From IMG/VR virus record IMGVR_UViG_3300040786_000066: a stretch of 64,000 bases of DNA, one strand, 5' to 3'. The notes beneath the pieces were generated by a model that was not told where the DNA came from, did not search any database, and was given only the letters and a program-made list of their open reading frames with translations. Each line of letters begins with the position of its first letter. The stretch's first letter is position 1. The position numbers and the translations under genes were made by a program. Below are positions 24,122 to 38,775 of the stretch, in pieces. The stretch comes from a virus.

Positions 24122-27100
24122 TAGTAATCGGTTTCAATATAAATTCGATTAATACCTAGTTGTATTGATGTTACCACTGCCACTGCTGCATTGTTTGCCA
24201 ATACTCCTGCTGTAAGCAGTGTTGTAGCCGCAGGCAAATTTAAAGTAGCTACACCTGATGTTTCTGCTGTATTTATTTCTACAATCCGCCAAGAAACCGT
24301 CGTACTATTTGGCGGGCAAAACATATAAAAGTCAAAGCCTTTAGCACTAGCCATAGTTAACCCAGTAGCCGCTTTTGTAGCAGCGGTTCCTCTTGTTAAA
24401 AAACTAATTGTTCTAAATCACCTGCATCAATGCAAAACCCTACGGTGTTGTTTAAAGCAGAAGGGTCCGCTGATACTACTGTAGTTGCTGTGTGCATTCC
24501 AACAAAAGGCGCCCTCCGTTAGTCCAAACATCCATTCCTGCCCTGGCATAAAAAGAAACCCCTTGTAACGCAATACTTCCTCTCGTGTACATAAGCTCTG
24601 TATTCCTTGCGCCTAATATTTGATTGGCAGTATTAACTACATTAGAGTATCTAGAACGAGTTACAGAAGTATAAACTGTAGTAGTAGTAGGTAATCCCCA
24701 TAAGTTCCTGTTGTAGCACCAACGGTACCAAGCCAAACACCTGCCGTGGCGTTAGTTGGATTCCACATTACAATGTTATTCTGCCAAAAGCGTTTTGAAG
24801 AGGTGTGTCTAGCCCAGAAGGGCCTTTAATCTTCGGCACCATTTTTCCAGCTACAGACTTAGCATATATTGTAAGAAAGTTTGCTGCAGGCGACGCTGGT
24901 TCGTTAGTTATACCTCCCATTAATATAGAAGGATTTGCTCCCGCTATAGTTTGAGTTTGAGTTAAAGCGTCCCAAAGAAAATTAACGTCGCCTTCAATAT
25001 TTACACCGGATGTCCAAACTCCAATTTGGTTGTTTAAAGACAATGTATCAGTAGTCACATTTCCACCACCAACTGCAGAGACCCACCTCAAACCTGTAGC
25101 TTGAGTAGAGTCAGCCGATAATACCTGGCCATTTGTACCTACAGCCAGTCTTGCGTCAACTGTACTAAACCCATAAAGATCTCCTTTAGTAGTAAGTGGA
25201 GAAGCCCTCCTGCTTGTTGATCTAATTGGTATCTAGGCCCGCCATTAACAGCTGTAAAATAAACATGCCCTGCAGCCATTTCTATAGCCCCTTGTTCTGA
25301 TGTAGTCATCAAAACCCTGTAGTCAGTTTAATTGAGCTGTCCCTACAGAAGCAGTACCCGCTTTAAAATGCATCGCTGCAGTAGGAAGACTTACTCCTAT
25401 ACCTATATTTCCTGTGTTTGTTCTTATTCTTAAAGGGTTTATCCAACTAACACCTGTCCAATGATAAAACCAAAATCACCCTCATCTCCAGGAAAACTTT
25501 TATGTGCAAACTGCCACTTCTTAGTCCCTGTAGAATTCCACAGTTCTAAAGCGGCGTAGTTATCCCCGTCAGAAACTCCTTGTAACCTTAAATAAATAGC
25601 TTCAGATGTACTTGAAGCGTGTACAGTACAATCAGGTACCAAAGTACCTATACCAAATCTTTTAAAGTTTCATTATATGCTGCACTTGCGCCAAAAATAA
25701 TTCTACCTTTAGTTGCATTAGAAGTTGAAGAAATTGTAACGTCTCCTGAGACAGAAGCCCTCCTAAAATTAAAGGCGTAGTTATGCTTGTTGTAAATACA
25801 GGCGAATCTATGGGAGCTAAGACTATGTTTCCAGACCCTAAAATAGATACAGAGTTAATGGTTTTAATATTTGTAGCCGAAACCAAGGTGTCTTGTTTAC
25901 TAGCAGCAAGCCCAGAATAAAGCGTGTTTACTGCATTATTCCCAGTATTAGTTCCAGATGTTGCCTGAACTATAGCTAGCTCTGCAGCAGACAAGTGAAA
26001 ATATTCAGCTAGTATTCCTCCTTGAAGTCCTGAAAGACTGTTATGAGACGTTACCGCTGAACCCGAAAAGCAACATTAAAAGCAGACTGTACTTGATCTA
26101 TAGAGGCAACTCCTGATACTAACGTAACAACAGCTCTTCCTATAAGCAGTGCACCTACTTGAAGCCTTAATGGTAAGTCAGCTGGCGGATTGGCGGATAA
26201 TACAGCAGCAAGTGTATTAATGTTTTCTCTACCATAAACCATAACAATATTTCCTGCTGGCCCTAAATAAAACCAGTAGTTACCAAAGTTTCTGTTTCCT
26301 ATTGTTGCAAGAGTACCTGATCCATTATCAAACTGACCTTCAGGTACAGCAATTTGAGTAGCCTCTCTTGTCCATCCTCCAGATCCGTTTCTGTAGTACC
26401 TGTCAAAATTATCAGTAGCATTAGAATCAAAAGAATTAAAAGTTTCTCTAATACCTCTGTACCAAGTAACAGCAGCAGTAACTGCAATTCTTTTACTCCC
26501 GACTGAGATATAATCAATCCGCCAAGCGCGTTTGCTCGGCTTCTTCCTGAAATTTCAAAGTCCATTCTAGACAACCTTCCAACTCCTCTACCAGAAGAAT
26601 GAGGAACATCATTTATATAGAGAATACCTCCTTCATTAACTACATATCCAAGAACAAATGACATTCTATAATCAGTAGTATTACTAGCAACAATACTGAC
26701 TATTGGAGTCCCTGCGTTATAATCTACAATTACGTAAGAAAGGCTGTTAAGAGGAATTGAAGCTCCATTTATTCCTAGCCATTCAAAGGAAAAGTGTTGA
26801 AGTATCATCCGAAGAACCTCTAATGAAGCCTTTTCCTGCTGATACATTAACAGTCTGACCCCGCCGTTAACTATATTTCCACCATCTAGATGCCCTGCAC
26901 TTCTAGTAAGGTCATGAATTTGTTGTAAATTTTAAAAGTAGTAGAACCTAATGCTATTGTGCTAATCTGCGCTGCTGTTGTAGCGCCTCCACCTACTACG
27001 TCGTCTGTATTAAGAAGTCTTTTTCAACTCCTGATTCAGTACGACTATAAATACCGTCAGCTTTAGCGCCAATAGCAACAAACCCCGCTGCTGGAACGGA

Positions 27101-27151
27101 GATTGCTGATTGTGTTTTAAGATCTCTTTGAGACAGTACTTGTTTAGCCAT
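24121..27151 (-). CDS. tail fibre/spike protein, frameshifted
   Basis: LTTKGDLYGF..ARLAVGTNGQVLSADS, GNIGIG and KQDTLVSATNIKTIN fibre motifs. Confidence 0.65.
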
Positions 27152-27154
27152 GGG

Positions 27155-28225
27155 TTATCCTTTAAGAGATACTACGTATTGATTCAAAGTAGGTGCAGTG
27201 TTAAATAAAACAGTAACACTTCCCGTACTAGTTTTTTGTACCTCTGTTTCTACCTCATCGTATGGAGCAGCGTTTCTGTGAATTGAAACAAGTACAGCTC
27301 TGGTATTTAGACCATGGTTAATCACAAAAGAAGTAGCAGCTGCATCTCCTATGATAGCAAATTCGTTTCTAGTTACAGTCTGTGATCCAGATAAATTAAG
27401 CTTAGCTTGAAGTGTTACTGAGTAACTGCTTTATTTGCATCTACTCCTGCGTTTACTTCTGCTTGAGTAGCTAAAGTTATAATACCAGCTACTGTTGTAG
27501 TAGCAGGAAGAATAGCCGGATGTTTTGTTAACTACAGTGTAATGTGCTAAAGTAGTAGGCGCATTTTGTTTCGAGATAATTAAATCTCCTGCTTCTACAT
27601 CTTCTGTAAAAAAGGTACCAGCAACTGTAACTACATACGTCCAACCTTGTTGAATTGCTCCAGCAGGAGCTACATCTAAATCAGGTGTGTTAGTTGCAGC
27701 ATCATAGCCTCCTTTAAAATAAGTGTTCCGGCAATTGCTCCGTTTACACCAGCAATCAATGCTAGCACTTTAGATGCTGAGAACAATTCTATAGTACTTG
27801 TTCCAGAGTCATTTATTAATCTGTGTTGAGCAAGATCTGCGATGTGAGCGTCTATTTGCGAGTGCGTATTTACTCCAACTGCTCCAAGATCCGAGTGTAG
27901 TAATTGTTGGAAGTTAGCTGCAGATGCTCCAGAAGCTCTAAGAACCATTCCTGCAGCAGCGCCTGAAATAGTATGCTCAGCCCTAAGGCCAGGTTAGTGG
28001 CAATTACGTGAGAAGTAGGTGTTCTTGAATTAGTCAAACGCGTATCTAAATCATCAACTACAGTAAGCCAAACTGTACCATTAAAGTACTTTACTTTTTT
28101 AATAGTTGTATTGTAATAAAGCCTAGACTCCGAGTTAGCCGGGTCAGTGGCAAGATTTTCAAGCTTAGCTTTAAGTAACTGATTCAGGTCTAAATCTAAG
28201 TTAGACAGTATAATTTTGTAGGCAT
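27155..28225 (-). CDS. tail-associated protein, frameshifted
   Basis: LDLNQLLKAKLENLATDP N-terminus; 'INHGLNT' C-terminal beta domain. Confidence 0.55.
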
Positions 28226-28244
28226 AATAAGTTAGTTTATAGTT

Positions 28245-29283
28245 TTAATTAAATGTTGCTGTTCCTCTTAAAGGGCGGAAAAGAATAGCCAAGTTGTTCT
28301 TGTCTATATGTCTTACTTCACCCTCATATTCCGCACCGTCAATTCCTATTACAGTTACTGAAGGATACTTTTGCATTCCGTGTCTTATCAACCAATTGTA
28401 AGCAAGCTCCGTTTGTATGTGTTCAAAATTACCTTCTAGCCTCAAGACGTTAATAGCCTGCTGTGCTGCATTTGATATTGGTTTATTAATATCAGAAGTA
28501 TTGTTTACATTTCCCAACCCTATATTTGCCGGCGTAATAGCTATATTTCCATCTACAGGAGTGATGTAATTTACTGTGACATTAGTGCTGGTTCCGGTAG
28601 AACTCCCTAGAGCAGCTTTCAAATTGTAAGTTGCTATAATATGATCTTCAGGATCTAACTCGTCCAGTATATTAAGCTGACGTAAGTCTGTAATGCTATA
28701 CTGGCTTTCATCGATAACTTGCCCGTTAACAGTAATAATAAAATTCTAACAACATCTGTTGACAACATAAAGCTTTGTGCTCCTATATAATCAAAGCTGT
28801 CTCTAACAAATTGGGCCCCTTCTAAAACAGGATCTACTAACGTAGTGTATATCACTAGTACCCCGTCTTCAAATTGAGAGTACCCTGTTACGTCTCCAAC
28901 CATTCTAAGCTCAGAAAATTACTTTGCAGATCTCCAAGGGTTACAAAGGATTAGTAATAGAAGGACTATTTGCTAAATTAATAGCATCTCGCTGCTCCTG
29001 AGTCAACGCGTCACTTCCTATTAGTCGTTTCCATATATAGGATTGGAGTAAGAAGAACCACTTGCTTTATTTACAAGAGAAAATAAACCGCACCGTTATG
29101 AGTAACTAATGCTCCCTTATCTGGATACGTTAAATTTAAGTCCAATGGAAGTATCAGTAAATTACCCCATTGCAGATTACCCTCTGCATCCGATAGCGCA
29201 ACTAATCCTTTAGAAGGAGTGGTTCCACCGGGATTAGGCAGGGTTAAATCTTTCGTTATCGATAATGAACCGCGTACTCGCAT
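28245..29283 (-). CDS. tail-associated/fibre protein, frameshifted
   Basis: IGLGNVNNTSDINKPIS motif. N-terminus paralogous to 12281-14323. Confidence 0.6.
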
Positions 29284-29284
29284 T

Positions 29285-29818
29285 TTATACTATTGTTATT
29301 TTAAATACTTCATTGATCTCCGGTATCGGATCGATGATAATTAAAAGACCTTCTGTTGTATTTTCAATGCGATCAGGAAACTCCATTCGCTTAAAATCTG
29401 AGCTACTGGATTTCATTGTTACTGATGCGCTATCCATATCTTTTAAAATATGGAATGGTAGCTTGCTCTTTGGAACAAGAAGTCCTGCTCCAAACAAGTA
29501 CCTCATTTCTAATTTACAAACCATGTCAAAAGCACAAAATTATACAGCTTTCCTGCATAGTTCTGCCCTTGAATATCATCATACCACTCAGGGTACGTGT
29601 ATCCAGTTGCCATAAGACCTTGTTGAGATTCTAACCAAATAAACGTTCTTTGGAATCTGCAAAGTAACCACCATACCATCGTACATTACGCTAGGCATTG
29701 GCTCCTTGTTTACCAAAATAGCGATCTCCTGTTCTGTACTTATAATTAATCTGTCATCTACGGGTGACGCCTCTGTAATGTGTATCCCAGCGGCGTTTGT
29801 TTTATTTATGTACTTCAT
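29285..29818 (-). CDS. tail-associated hypothetical protein, frameshifted
   Basis: Fragments 29588-29818 and 29285-29524. Confidence 0.5.
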
Positions 29819-31252
29819 TAGGCTTTCGGTTTAAGGTAATAATCAGATGGAGTTCCTACTGCTGAAGGCGCTATGTTATACAGATATGCTGTATACCCAT
29901 TTCCTAAAGATATCTTGTTAAATGCTGAAGCGTTTACTAAACCTAAAGTCTGGTAGAAGTTAACTGGACCCCAAGCATCTGGCAATTCAATTACAAAGTA
30001 AACAGCTGCAACAGTACCTTCAAAAGTATTTACTGGAGCTGATATAAATTCAAAAGAAGTTAAGTAAGATTTAGCTACATCCTTAGTGAATATTTCTCTA
30101 GGCACTCTGTTGGCGTATTCTACGGCATCTCTTGCGGTACCCAAAGAACCTATTTTCTTTCTCACATTATCAAACACATCTACAAAACTCATTATTGAAG
30201 CATCAAGATAACCGGCCTTAGCAAACAATGCTGCAGCTGGCACAGCAACAGTAACCTTATCGTTTGATATCATAGTATAAGTAGTAGCATTATTTTCTTT
30301 AATGTTCAAAGAGTATCTAATATCAAAGCTATCCCCTTCTTTTGTAGCTACAATTTCAGAATAAGTCCCAGATAGAAGCGTACTGGCTTGATTTCCCTGA
30401 CGAACTACTGTAGGAGCAGCTCCACTTATAGACTTAGTAATAGTCCAATCGAAAAGGCCTAAATCGTCTGGTCCACTATTAATTGTATAAGACACTCCTA
30501 TAGTATTGTATGCACTAATAGTACTAATCGCTGCTGGAGTTGCTGTTAAGAACCCAGTAACAGCTTGCTGATTAGATACTTTGTATACCGCAGTATTTAG
30601 TATTTTCTCATCAAGTCTACTTCCATCTTCTGTTAGATCGTACACTACAACTAATGTAAAAGAATATCCTGACCTTCTTTTGTAAGGAAGTCTTGCTCTG
30701 TAATAAAATGATTTAGCATAGTGCTTACATTACCTACAGTTGACACACCATTTACAGTCTGCAAAGAGTTACCAGAAAACAAAGGTGTTTTGCTTCCTTC
30801 TCTAAGTATGGACCAGAAAATATTCTTACCTCCGTTAGCAGTAATGCTGAAGTTAAAAATAAGCTCTGTATTCTTACCTGCATATTTGTTTAGAGTAAAA
30901 GAGTTTACCACAGGCGCTATTCTCACAGCGTTTGTTTTAAGAGGTCCTGCATAGTAGCTTACCAGGACAGTAGTAGTAAGACTTGGGTTCTTTCTCACAG
31001 GAGCCCCGCTATTACTAATTCTAACTGTTCCCTTGTCCGCTCCTAGCACGTAATGAACTCCTTCTGTTAAGACAAGACCATTTACTGTAACGTAGTTTAT
31101 CTCTCTAATCACCGCTTTTGTGGTAAAGATTGTAGTGGTTCCATCAGCAGAAATACTTTCTGATGTGCCTACCTCTCGAATTCTTGACGAAGTCTGTGAT
31201 TGTTGGTTCTGAGAATTAACTCACTGTCGATAATATTATAGATTTTCTTCAT
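29818..31252 (-). CDS. tail hub/fibre-attachment protein, frameshifted
   Basis: Fragments 30651-31112 and 29818-30645; directly follows the tail stabilisation gene. Confidence 0.5.
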
Positions 31253-34200
31253 TAGTTGTAGCTTATACTTAACATTGATATTATTGCTTGTAAAACGTCT
31301 CGTCGTTACCTTTATAAATAAATTTCACCTTGATACTTTTATCTCTTACTCTCTTAAACCCAGCTGCTTTTCTAAGGCTTGGAGATATTCTTCCTACCTC
31401 AATATACAATCCGCTGTTTTTATAATACGCGTTTTCATCTAGAATACCAAGACGGGGAGAAATTCGTCCACTTTTATTTCGAGTAATTATTTTTTGTCTC
31501 AAAACTCTATCTCCTGGAACGCTTCCCCAGATGTTTACAGCAGCATCGTTTTCGTCTTCAGATGTAGTATAAACAATCTCAAAGGCAAGCTCTTATTGGT
31601 AATCATCCTAATGTTGTCTAGCACTTTTCAAGCGCAGGCTCTTTATTCAGTACAATTTCAAACCCGTATTCATAATCAACTCCTCGAAGTCTGGCACGGA
31701 TAAATTTACCTGTAACAGGATCTGTAAGCTCGTCTTCTTTCCATATACCTGCTCTTGCCGAGTCATAGAACCCTGTTGTATAAGTACCAGATCCAATTGC
31801 CATAGAGAATTTATTTCCCTCAGATATCTCAGACATCCATTTTTGAAGTACAGTATTGTATGTTATTGTACCTACGTGGTACTGTTCTTTTGTTTGACTG
31901 TTCTCTGCAACATAAGAAATGTACATCGTATGTTTAGAGTGGTTAAAAGTAGCGTATACTCTAGATCTATAGCTAACAGCCTCATCATAAGGAGTATGGC
32001 CTCCTTTTCAATAGCCATTTTAAATTTCTCTAGTACTGTTTTAACAGCAAATTCACTTATCACCGTTAGCTTGTCCCCTTCAAAACCCACACAGCGCTGG
32101 GTTGTAATCCACTCCTGCTATTGTAGTGTCTGTTCTTACTATGGCCTCAGGATGAGATGCGCCAAACAAGTCAGATATTGTTTTAGAAGTAGGGCTTAAA
32201 GCTTGAGCAGTATTAACAAATACATCGCTTCCTTCCGCTACAAGAGTTCTGTCATCTACTCCAATAGCCAACACCCTGTAGGATGTATAGACAGAAGTAT
32301 ATTTTTAATTCCTATCAGCTTTATAATAGGACCAAATTCTACACCGTAATCCCTGTAATTAAATCCCTTGAGGTCTCTGAAGGCATTGAAAAACCCTTGC
32401 GTCTTGTTTCTTTCTGACAAAAGAATTCTGTTAGGAAACTCAGTGTTATATGAAGGAGAGTTTTCTGCAATTCTGCTATAAGATACCGGGTTTACATCAC
32501 CTGTATACCCATGGTTGTATCCTGTAGAGTCTGGTCTACTGTCACCAAAACATTCTGCGTGTTAGGATAAAATCTCTATCTCCTCCGTACATCAAGCTGT
32601 CTTCAGGACTAAAGACTTCAATAGATCTGATATCAGCATTTATGTTTGAAAAGAAACTAATTCTACTACCTGACCTACATCAAACAAGCCACGCCCTAAG
32701 TCATCCTGCTCATTCTCATTGATATCTGAGGTTTTAGTATTATCAGCTATCTCGGTCAATAACCCCAAGCCAAAATCAGCAGCATCAGCAGATGTTGCAG
32801 ATCTAGATGTCGGTATCCCGTTTTTATACACAGCCTTTTATATATCTTAGATATAAACCCATCTCCCTAAATACAGGTATTGAGACTTTAGACAATGGAA
32901 ATCTGTTACTCACTGCATGGTAAACCTTGTTGCTGTCATACTTATAAATATTTATAATGTCTTTTTCTTCCCATCGACCTGTCGACGATCTGAAAATATT
33001 TGCAAGATGTCCTGTATTAGTAAACTTCCTATTGTTAAGGTCTCCTGTAGTATCTAGCATTATACCGGCCAAATTAGGAAGCTCTGATGATGCTGACACC
33101 AGAGATCTCATGTAATTAAACAATGCTGATGGAATATTTGAACCACTAGGAATAGTTACTTCAATTCCTATGTATCTTGAATAAGACTGCGCTATCACAG
33201 AGCTTACTTTAAGCTTTCCGTCCAACCTTGTGTTTGACAACATTATACTGGCGTCCATGGTTTTATCCGATACTCTTCTAGTATCAGTTGCAAAAGGCTG
33301 TGTGTAATTTATTTTCTGAGTAGTTTCAATTAAGTTCTCAGCAGAGACGCTTATATTACTAGATATAAATCCAAGAGGTCTGTCTGCTTTTGCAGTAAAG
33401 CTGTCTTTAGAAAAGAAGCTCTACCGCTTTCCATAATAGTAGCCCTTACATTTAAAGAAGGAAAAATAGTCCATCCTGATTTACTCATAGATATTTTTTC
33501 CGCATGTCTAATTATTAAATTAGGCTCGCTCTTAAACAATGGAAGACCTGCCTTTAGTTCCGTGTATGTGTAAGCCACAGGTGAAGCGTTTCCAAAAGTT
33601 GCTGCACACGTATTTCAGGATTAATGCCATTGAGGTTTCCTTTAATAGCAGAAAAATTTAATTCTAATTCACAAGAATAAAAGCCAGGTGCATTTTATTT
33701 GTTTCCTTTCCAGTATCCTTATCCACAGTGCGCCCATAAACTGTAGAAGACACTTTCTGTCCTATACTACCTGCAACAAACCAGGATTTCTCGGAAGTGA
33801 CTACATTGATTAAAGGAGTAGGCTGAGGTACAAAACTGTATCAAAGTCATCGTTAAACAGGGCCTCATTATTACGATCAAATTTAGCTCTGTACTTAGTA
33901 TTCAATCCTAAAGTAGGGTTTGTAACCGGGTAGTGTTTCAACATGTATCTTCTACCAGCAGCAAGCCCTGCTTGATTCTTAGCCATGCCCTCAGGCAAAG
34001 AAGGGTACTTAGAAGGAAGTCTCAAAGTAGGTACAGCCATTCCCTGTAACAATATGTTTTTATTCTCTTGCGTCTAACTATAAAACCCAGAAGCTATCTT
34101 AGCAAGATCTGCATTAATTGCTGTAGCTGAGCAGTTTACTTCTATGTACGTCACATGTCTTCTTCCTTTTCCACCCGGTAATGGTTCGTAGATATCGCCT

Positions 34201-35694
34201 TCAGCAGAAGTTCTAAAATACCTTTATTGTTAATCAATAAAGTACTTCCAAACCATCAGTGATAACTCCAGCAGGCGGGTATTTACCACCTGTAATATTA
34301 GCCTGAGATCCAAAAGGTTGTCCATACCTGTAACTGGAAAAGCTGGCGAAAGGCCTTTATTCAATAATAAAATACCGCAGCAAATTCATATACCTCACCC
34401 TTCCAAAGACCTAAATATTTTGAAGCCATTTCAGGATCAGCATAAGATTCAGTTATTATCTTAGTCTTTTCCCAAAGAGTCATGCTTAGCGCAGCATTCT
34501 CCAGAGTTGATATATCTGATTCACTGATAGTAGCAGATGCTCCTGCAAGGGCTAGTCTGTCGTTTATAATAGTGGCTGTCGTTATTGTATCTATAGGAGT
34601 AAACCCGAGTTTATCTCAGAGGAGTCTACTAAAGAAACATCTTCTAGACCTGTGTGGCTTATAACTATACTATCAGTGTCCCCATAAGAGAATACATAGT
34701 TAATTTTAAAGACCTCCATGGTTGCCTCGTCTCGGCCGTCAAAGTGCGCAAAATAAACGCGAATTCCAGCATACGAAGAGTCAAGCTCTGTTAATGTAAA
34801 CTGAATCATTCTATCAGAAACCTGGTCTTTGTTTAGACCAAGCCCAGCATTAGAAATAGGAATCAAAGGCGACTCATAAAGAATCTCAGTAGTGTTCCCT
34901 TCTTGAGTTGAATATTTAAAATAATAACGGTATCCCCTCCTCTTAAGTAACCCCTTCCAATACCTTAAAGTCTCTTCGCCAAAAGCATCGACTACTTTTA
35001 CAGGGTAGTTAGTGTTTTGTATTAAAGCTACTCTATCCCAGTCATCGTCAGAATAAATGTTACTGTCTTTTGTACCGGTACGATCAGCAATACTTACTAA
35101 CCTACTTGAGTCAATCCTTTTAAATCTAGAGTTAATTATACCTGGGTTATTCTTGTCATCAGTAAATATAATGTTCACAGAACCGTCAAAATCCCTTGGA
35201 TATCCATATCAATAAACCTATTCTTTTCGAAGTTAAATTTATTGGTGATAAAAGGAGAGTTTGATAAAGGGTTGTTAACTACTCTAAAATTATGAAGAAA
35301 AGAAAACTTCTCTTCAAGCAAAGATGTGCGAGGAGCTCCTACTACTTGGCTATTAAGCTCAGTCCAGTTAGGGCTTGGAAAGTACCTATACCTCCTGTAA
35401 CAAAAGTACCGTCTCCTCTAAAGGCACCAACAAGAATGTATGCAATATTGTTATTTATCTTTATTCCTAAGGGAATGAACCGGCGCTTCTTGTTGCCGTC
35501 ATAAAACTCGGAAGATCTAATACATGCTTCTGCCCTTTTATATTTTGAAAAATATACTGGTTTTCACCCACGGTGATAAGCTCCATGTTAAGAGCGTTAG
35601 TAACCGTATTTGAAGGGCTGGATCCTACATGTAAATCGGACACCATTCCTCCCTCAAACGAATTCATTGCTGATATGTTACTACCTCTTCCCAT
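31252..35694 (-). CDS. crAss-type tail stabilisation/muzzle protein, frameshifted
   Basis: N-terminal NSFEGGMVSDL...TNALNMELIT.GENQYIFQNIKG resembles crAss-like stabilisation proteins; about 1450 aa; position is syntenic. Confidence 0.7.
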
Positions 35695-36448
35695 CTTTTA
35701 TTTCTTTTACTTTTTTTACCGGCTGTTCTCATGTTTGTCAAATGTTTTCGGCTGTAAATCCTAGCCACGATAAACCTATTCAATTTACCATTTTCCAGAA
35801 AGATTTCTTTGACCGTATGGTGAACCCTCTGTACCATACTCTCATATAACTACTAAGTTCCCCAGTTAAGCTTTTAACCATTCTGCGTAGCTCCTTTTTT
35901 TCTATCTCAGGAAAATATATCTCCAGTTCATCTACGTATTGATCAGCGTATTTTTCTGTCATTGCTTTTGTTTTTCCAAAATACCTTATTACTTTTGGAT
36001 ACTTCTTTCCTTTGTTCACCTCATCTATTAACATAGAGTATAAGTAAGGAGGAATAAAGCACTCACACACAGTTGAAGCTTTATATCCGGGTCAAAAGTA
36101 TTATTGGCATTCTGTAATTAGTTACTTTAAAGTCTACCAATGGAATTTTCATGTTCTCTTTATACCCTTACCCGATATAATTTCTTGTGATGCAGGTTTG
36201 TAATCTACGTAAAACATAGACTTTACATTTCGATCGAAGTATACTACATGCCCTGCAATAACGTCCATAATTATGAGCTCGAGTAATCGAAACAACACAG
36301 TGCTGTACACCCTGGAAGTACCTCCATCAGATGTAATAGTCCTAGAACCGTGGCCTGGTTTATACGTAATATTCTCAAGACGATCCTGCAGCAAATCTGC
36401 TACGGATACTATTACCCGCTGATCAGTCTCAAATCTCTTGTAACCCAT
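35690..36448 (-). CDS. conserved crAss-like protein, possibly IHF/HU-related, frameshifted
   Basis: Fragments 36149-36448 and 35780-36070; sits where IHF-like genes occur in crAss-like tail modules. Confidence 0.35.
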
Positions 36449-37161
36449 TTATCTGCTGTATTTTGTAGGTCTGTTATAACTCTTTTTATTAAAGGATGTC
36501 TTAGCATTTAACACCTCATCTAGCTCATTGTCCGTTAAATCCTCTGGAATTGACGCGGCTTGTGTAAGACGGGCAGCAACGCCAGTATAATATTCTACCA
36601 TAGCAGAAAGGCCTTTGTCTCCTCTGTTGGCACCTCTTACAGCAAGCACTCTCGCCGTAACTGCGGCCAGGGCATTTGCCTGCTTTCTTGTTATAATTGA
36701 AGCCCTTCTAAATCCGTGGTAATCCCTGTAAAAGCCAAAGCAATTTTATGGCCTGCATACTGCTTACCTACACTAATGTGTTTTCCTTCCAGCTGGTAAG
36801 AGATGTATCCTTTGCCTGCAGCACCTGCAAGTCCAGGGCGACCGCCTCTTCCCAAAGAAGTCATTATACCTTCCATAGTATAATAAGTATCTGTATTTAA
36901 AATTCCATCCATTTCAAAATCAACTCTAGTAGCATACGCTTTTCTGCCCATTTCCTGAGTAGTAACCGCATCTATGGTGTCAATATTACATGGAAGATGT
37001 GCTTTTCCAGAAGGATCTACAGTAATGTAGCTTACATATTCTGTAGCTCCAAAATGCTTTATATTTCTAAGTGTATCTACCGCTATGTCAATGTAATCGT
37101 ATTCGTCCATATGCATACTGTACATGGTCTTTAAAACTGCAAGACCTGCCCTGATGTTCAT
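36449..37161 (-). CDS. tail tubular/ring protein, frameshifted
   Basis: LPCNIDTIDAVT...; C-terminal LTDNELDEVLNAKTSFNKKSY; position in the tail module. Confidence 0.55.
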
Positions 37162-37173
37162 GGTATGTTCGTT

Positions 37174-37863
37174 TTAGCTACGTCTCTCTGTTCCATTATG
37201 CTTGCTGGGTGTTAGGTTTTGATTCATGTGCATCTGTCTGTAATAGTTAACATACTTTTGCGTCAAAGTGTCTATTACTTCCATCTGTACATAGCTTGGA
37301 GCATAGAATTCAGCCGAGGCAAATTGATCGTAATATTCCGTGTTAAGTAAATCATACGGATTGTCAAATAAAGCGTCCATCGATATAAACTGAAGTGCAT
37401 TGTATTTCCCCATATTAAAAGAAAAACATCGTGCATGCCATCAGAGTTAGGAGTAGAGCTCACCCATGCAAAAGGCATTCTTGAAGTAGCCAGCCTGTAT
37501 TTATGATACCTGTAGTCTCTGTCAAAGTAAACTTTAAAAGACAGCTCTCCATCCATTGTCCCTAAAACTGAATAGGATCAGCAATAGCCCTGTTGATGTT
37601 TGGAATTAAAAATGCGGGCGCCTATAGAAGACTCTACAGAGCAATTTGCTGATAAGTCCTTACATTCTATTCTGATACCATCGATTCTCTGGGTCAATTT
37701 ATTAATATCCACAACCCCTGAGCAGATAGTTTTACAATTACTGCTGAGGTAGTTAGAAGTATTTCGTCTTGTAGCTGCTCCAGAGAAAAGATGTTGAAGA
37801 TATGCCATTAAGGCCATCGGCAACATGGTTTCTAACTGCGCTTGCCATTTCGGAGAGTGTCAT
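37174..37863 (-). CDS. tail ring/neck protein, frameshifted
   Basis: Fragments 37578-37826, 37275-37556, 37174-37413; late-promoter motif upstream. Confidence 0.5.
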
Positions 37864-37900
37864 ACGTTTAGTGTTTAAGCTATTATTATAATACTAATTA

Positions 37901-37940
37901 TACTTAAAAAAAAAAGCAATCAAATTAATGATTGCTTTTA
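37901..37940 (-). terminator. intrinsic terminator
   Basis: aaaagcaatca-aattaa-tgattgctttt hairpin with a poly-A run (U tract on the - strand). Confidence 0.7.
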
Positions 37941-37963
37941 GTTTGGTCTTAAAAAGGTTTGGC

Positions 37964-38775
37964 TTATACTGGTGTTACCCCTGTTACCAATTTTGATAAA
38001 ATCACGATTGCTGCTGCTGCAGATGCTTCGTTCATGTATGCAGAGAACATTACGTTTCCGTATCTTGTCTCAGTGTTAGCATCTCCATAACCAAGCATTT
38101 CATGAGGAGCCCATCCTGGAGAAACATCTCCGGCTGCACTTGACCATGTAATCTCAGTATACTTACCTCTAACATCTACGGTGTCATTTCCACCTCTGCT
38201 TCCGTAAGGATCAAGGTTTTCTCCTGTAGAGTTCTGAACGCTTTCTTCAATATGACGGCCTAAACCAACACCTTCAGAAGGAGCAGTAGTGATTGCCCAA
38301 GTGTATTTTTGAGATACTCCTGTGTTCACATCACGAATTTCAATTGACTCAATTGAAACCCCTTCGTAACCTGGTTGGAATGTAGCAATTAAAGTAGTAG
38401 TTCCAGAGAACTTAACTACCTGATCGTTAAATCCTGCAATTTGAGCTGCAGCAAACGCCCCACCAATGTTAGTACTACCTGCTTTAGATTGGAAAGTCCA
38501 TACATCAATATCACTAAAGATATTAGACAATACTCTTTCTGAGCGAATACCAAGTACAATGTCGTACGTTTTAGTATCGTCATAAGGTGTAACCGAGTGA
38601 TTGTGTACACACCTGCCACTGCATTTTTTGCAACAGAAATTCCCCTTGTCTTCCTGCCGCAGCAGCAACTGTTGGGATTGCAAAGTTCCGAATCCTGCGA
38701 TGGAGATTACTCCATTTGCTTCTGTAACGTTCGCGTTACTGTTAAGCACAACTGTTTTGTTCCTAAGTTAAACAT
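37964..38775 (-). CDS. structural protein (possible auxiliary capsid protein)
   Basis: Beta-rich ~270-aa protein downstream of the MCP cluster, followed by a terminator. Confidence 0.5.

Noticed and set aside
7293-29283. Diversity-generating retroelement acting on the tail fibres
   Set aside because: No reverse transcriptase and no near-identical TR/VR pair differing at adenines is visible in this window.
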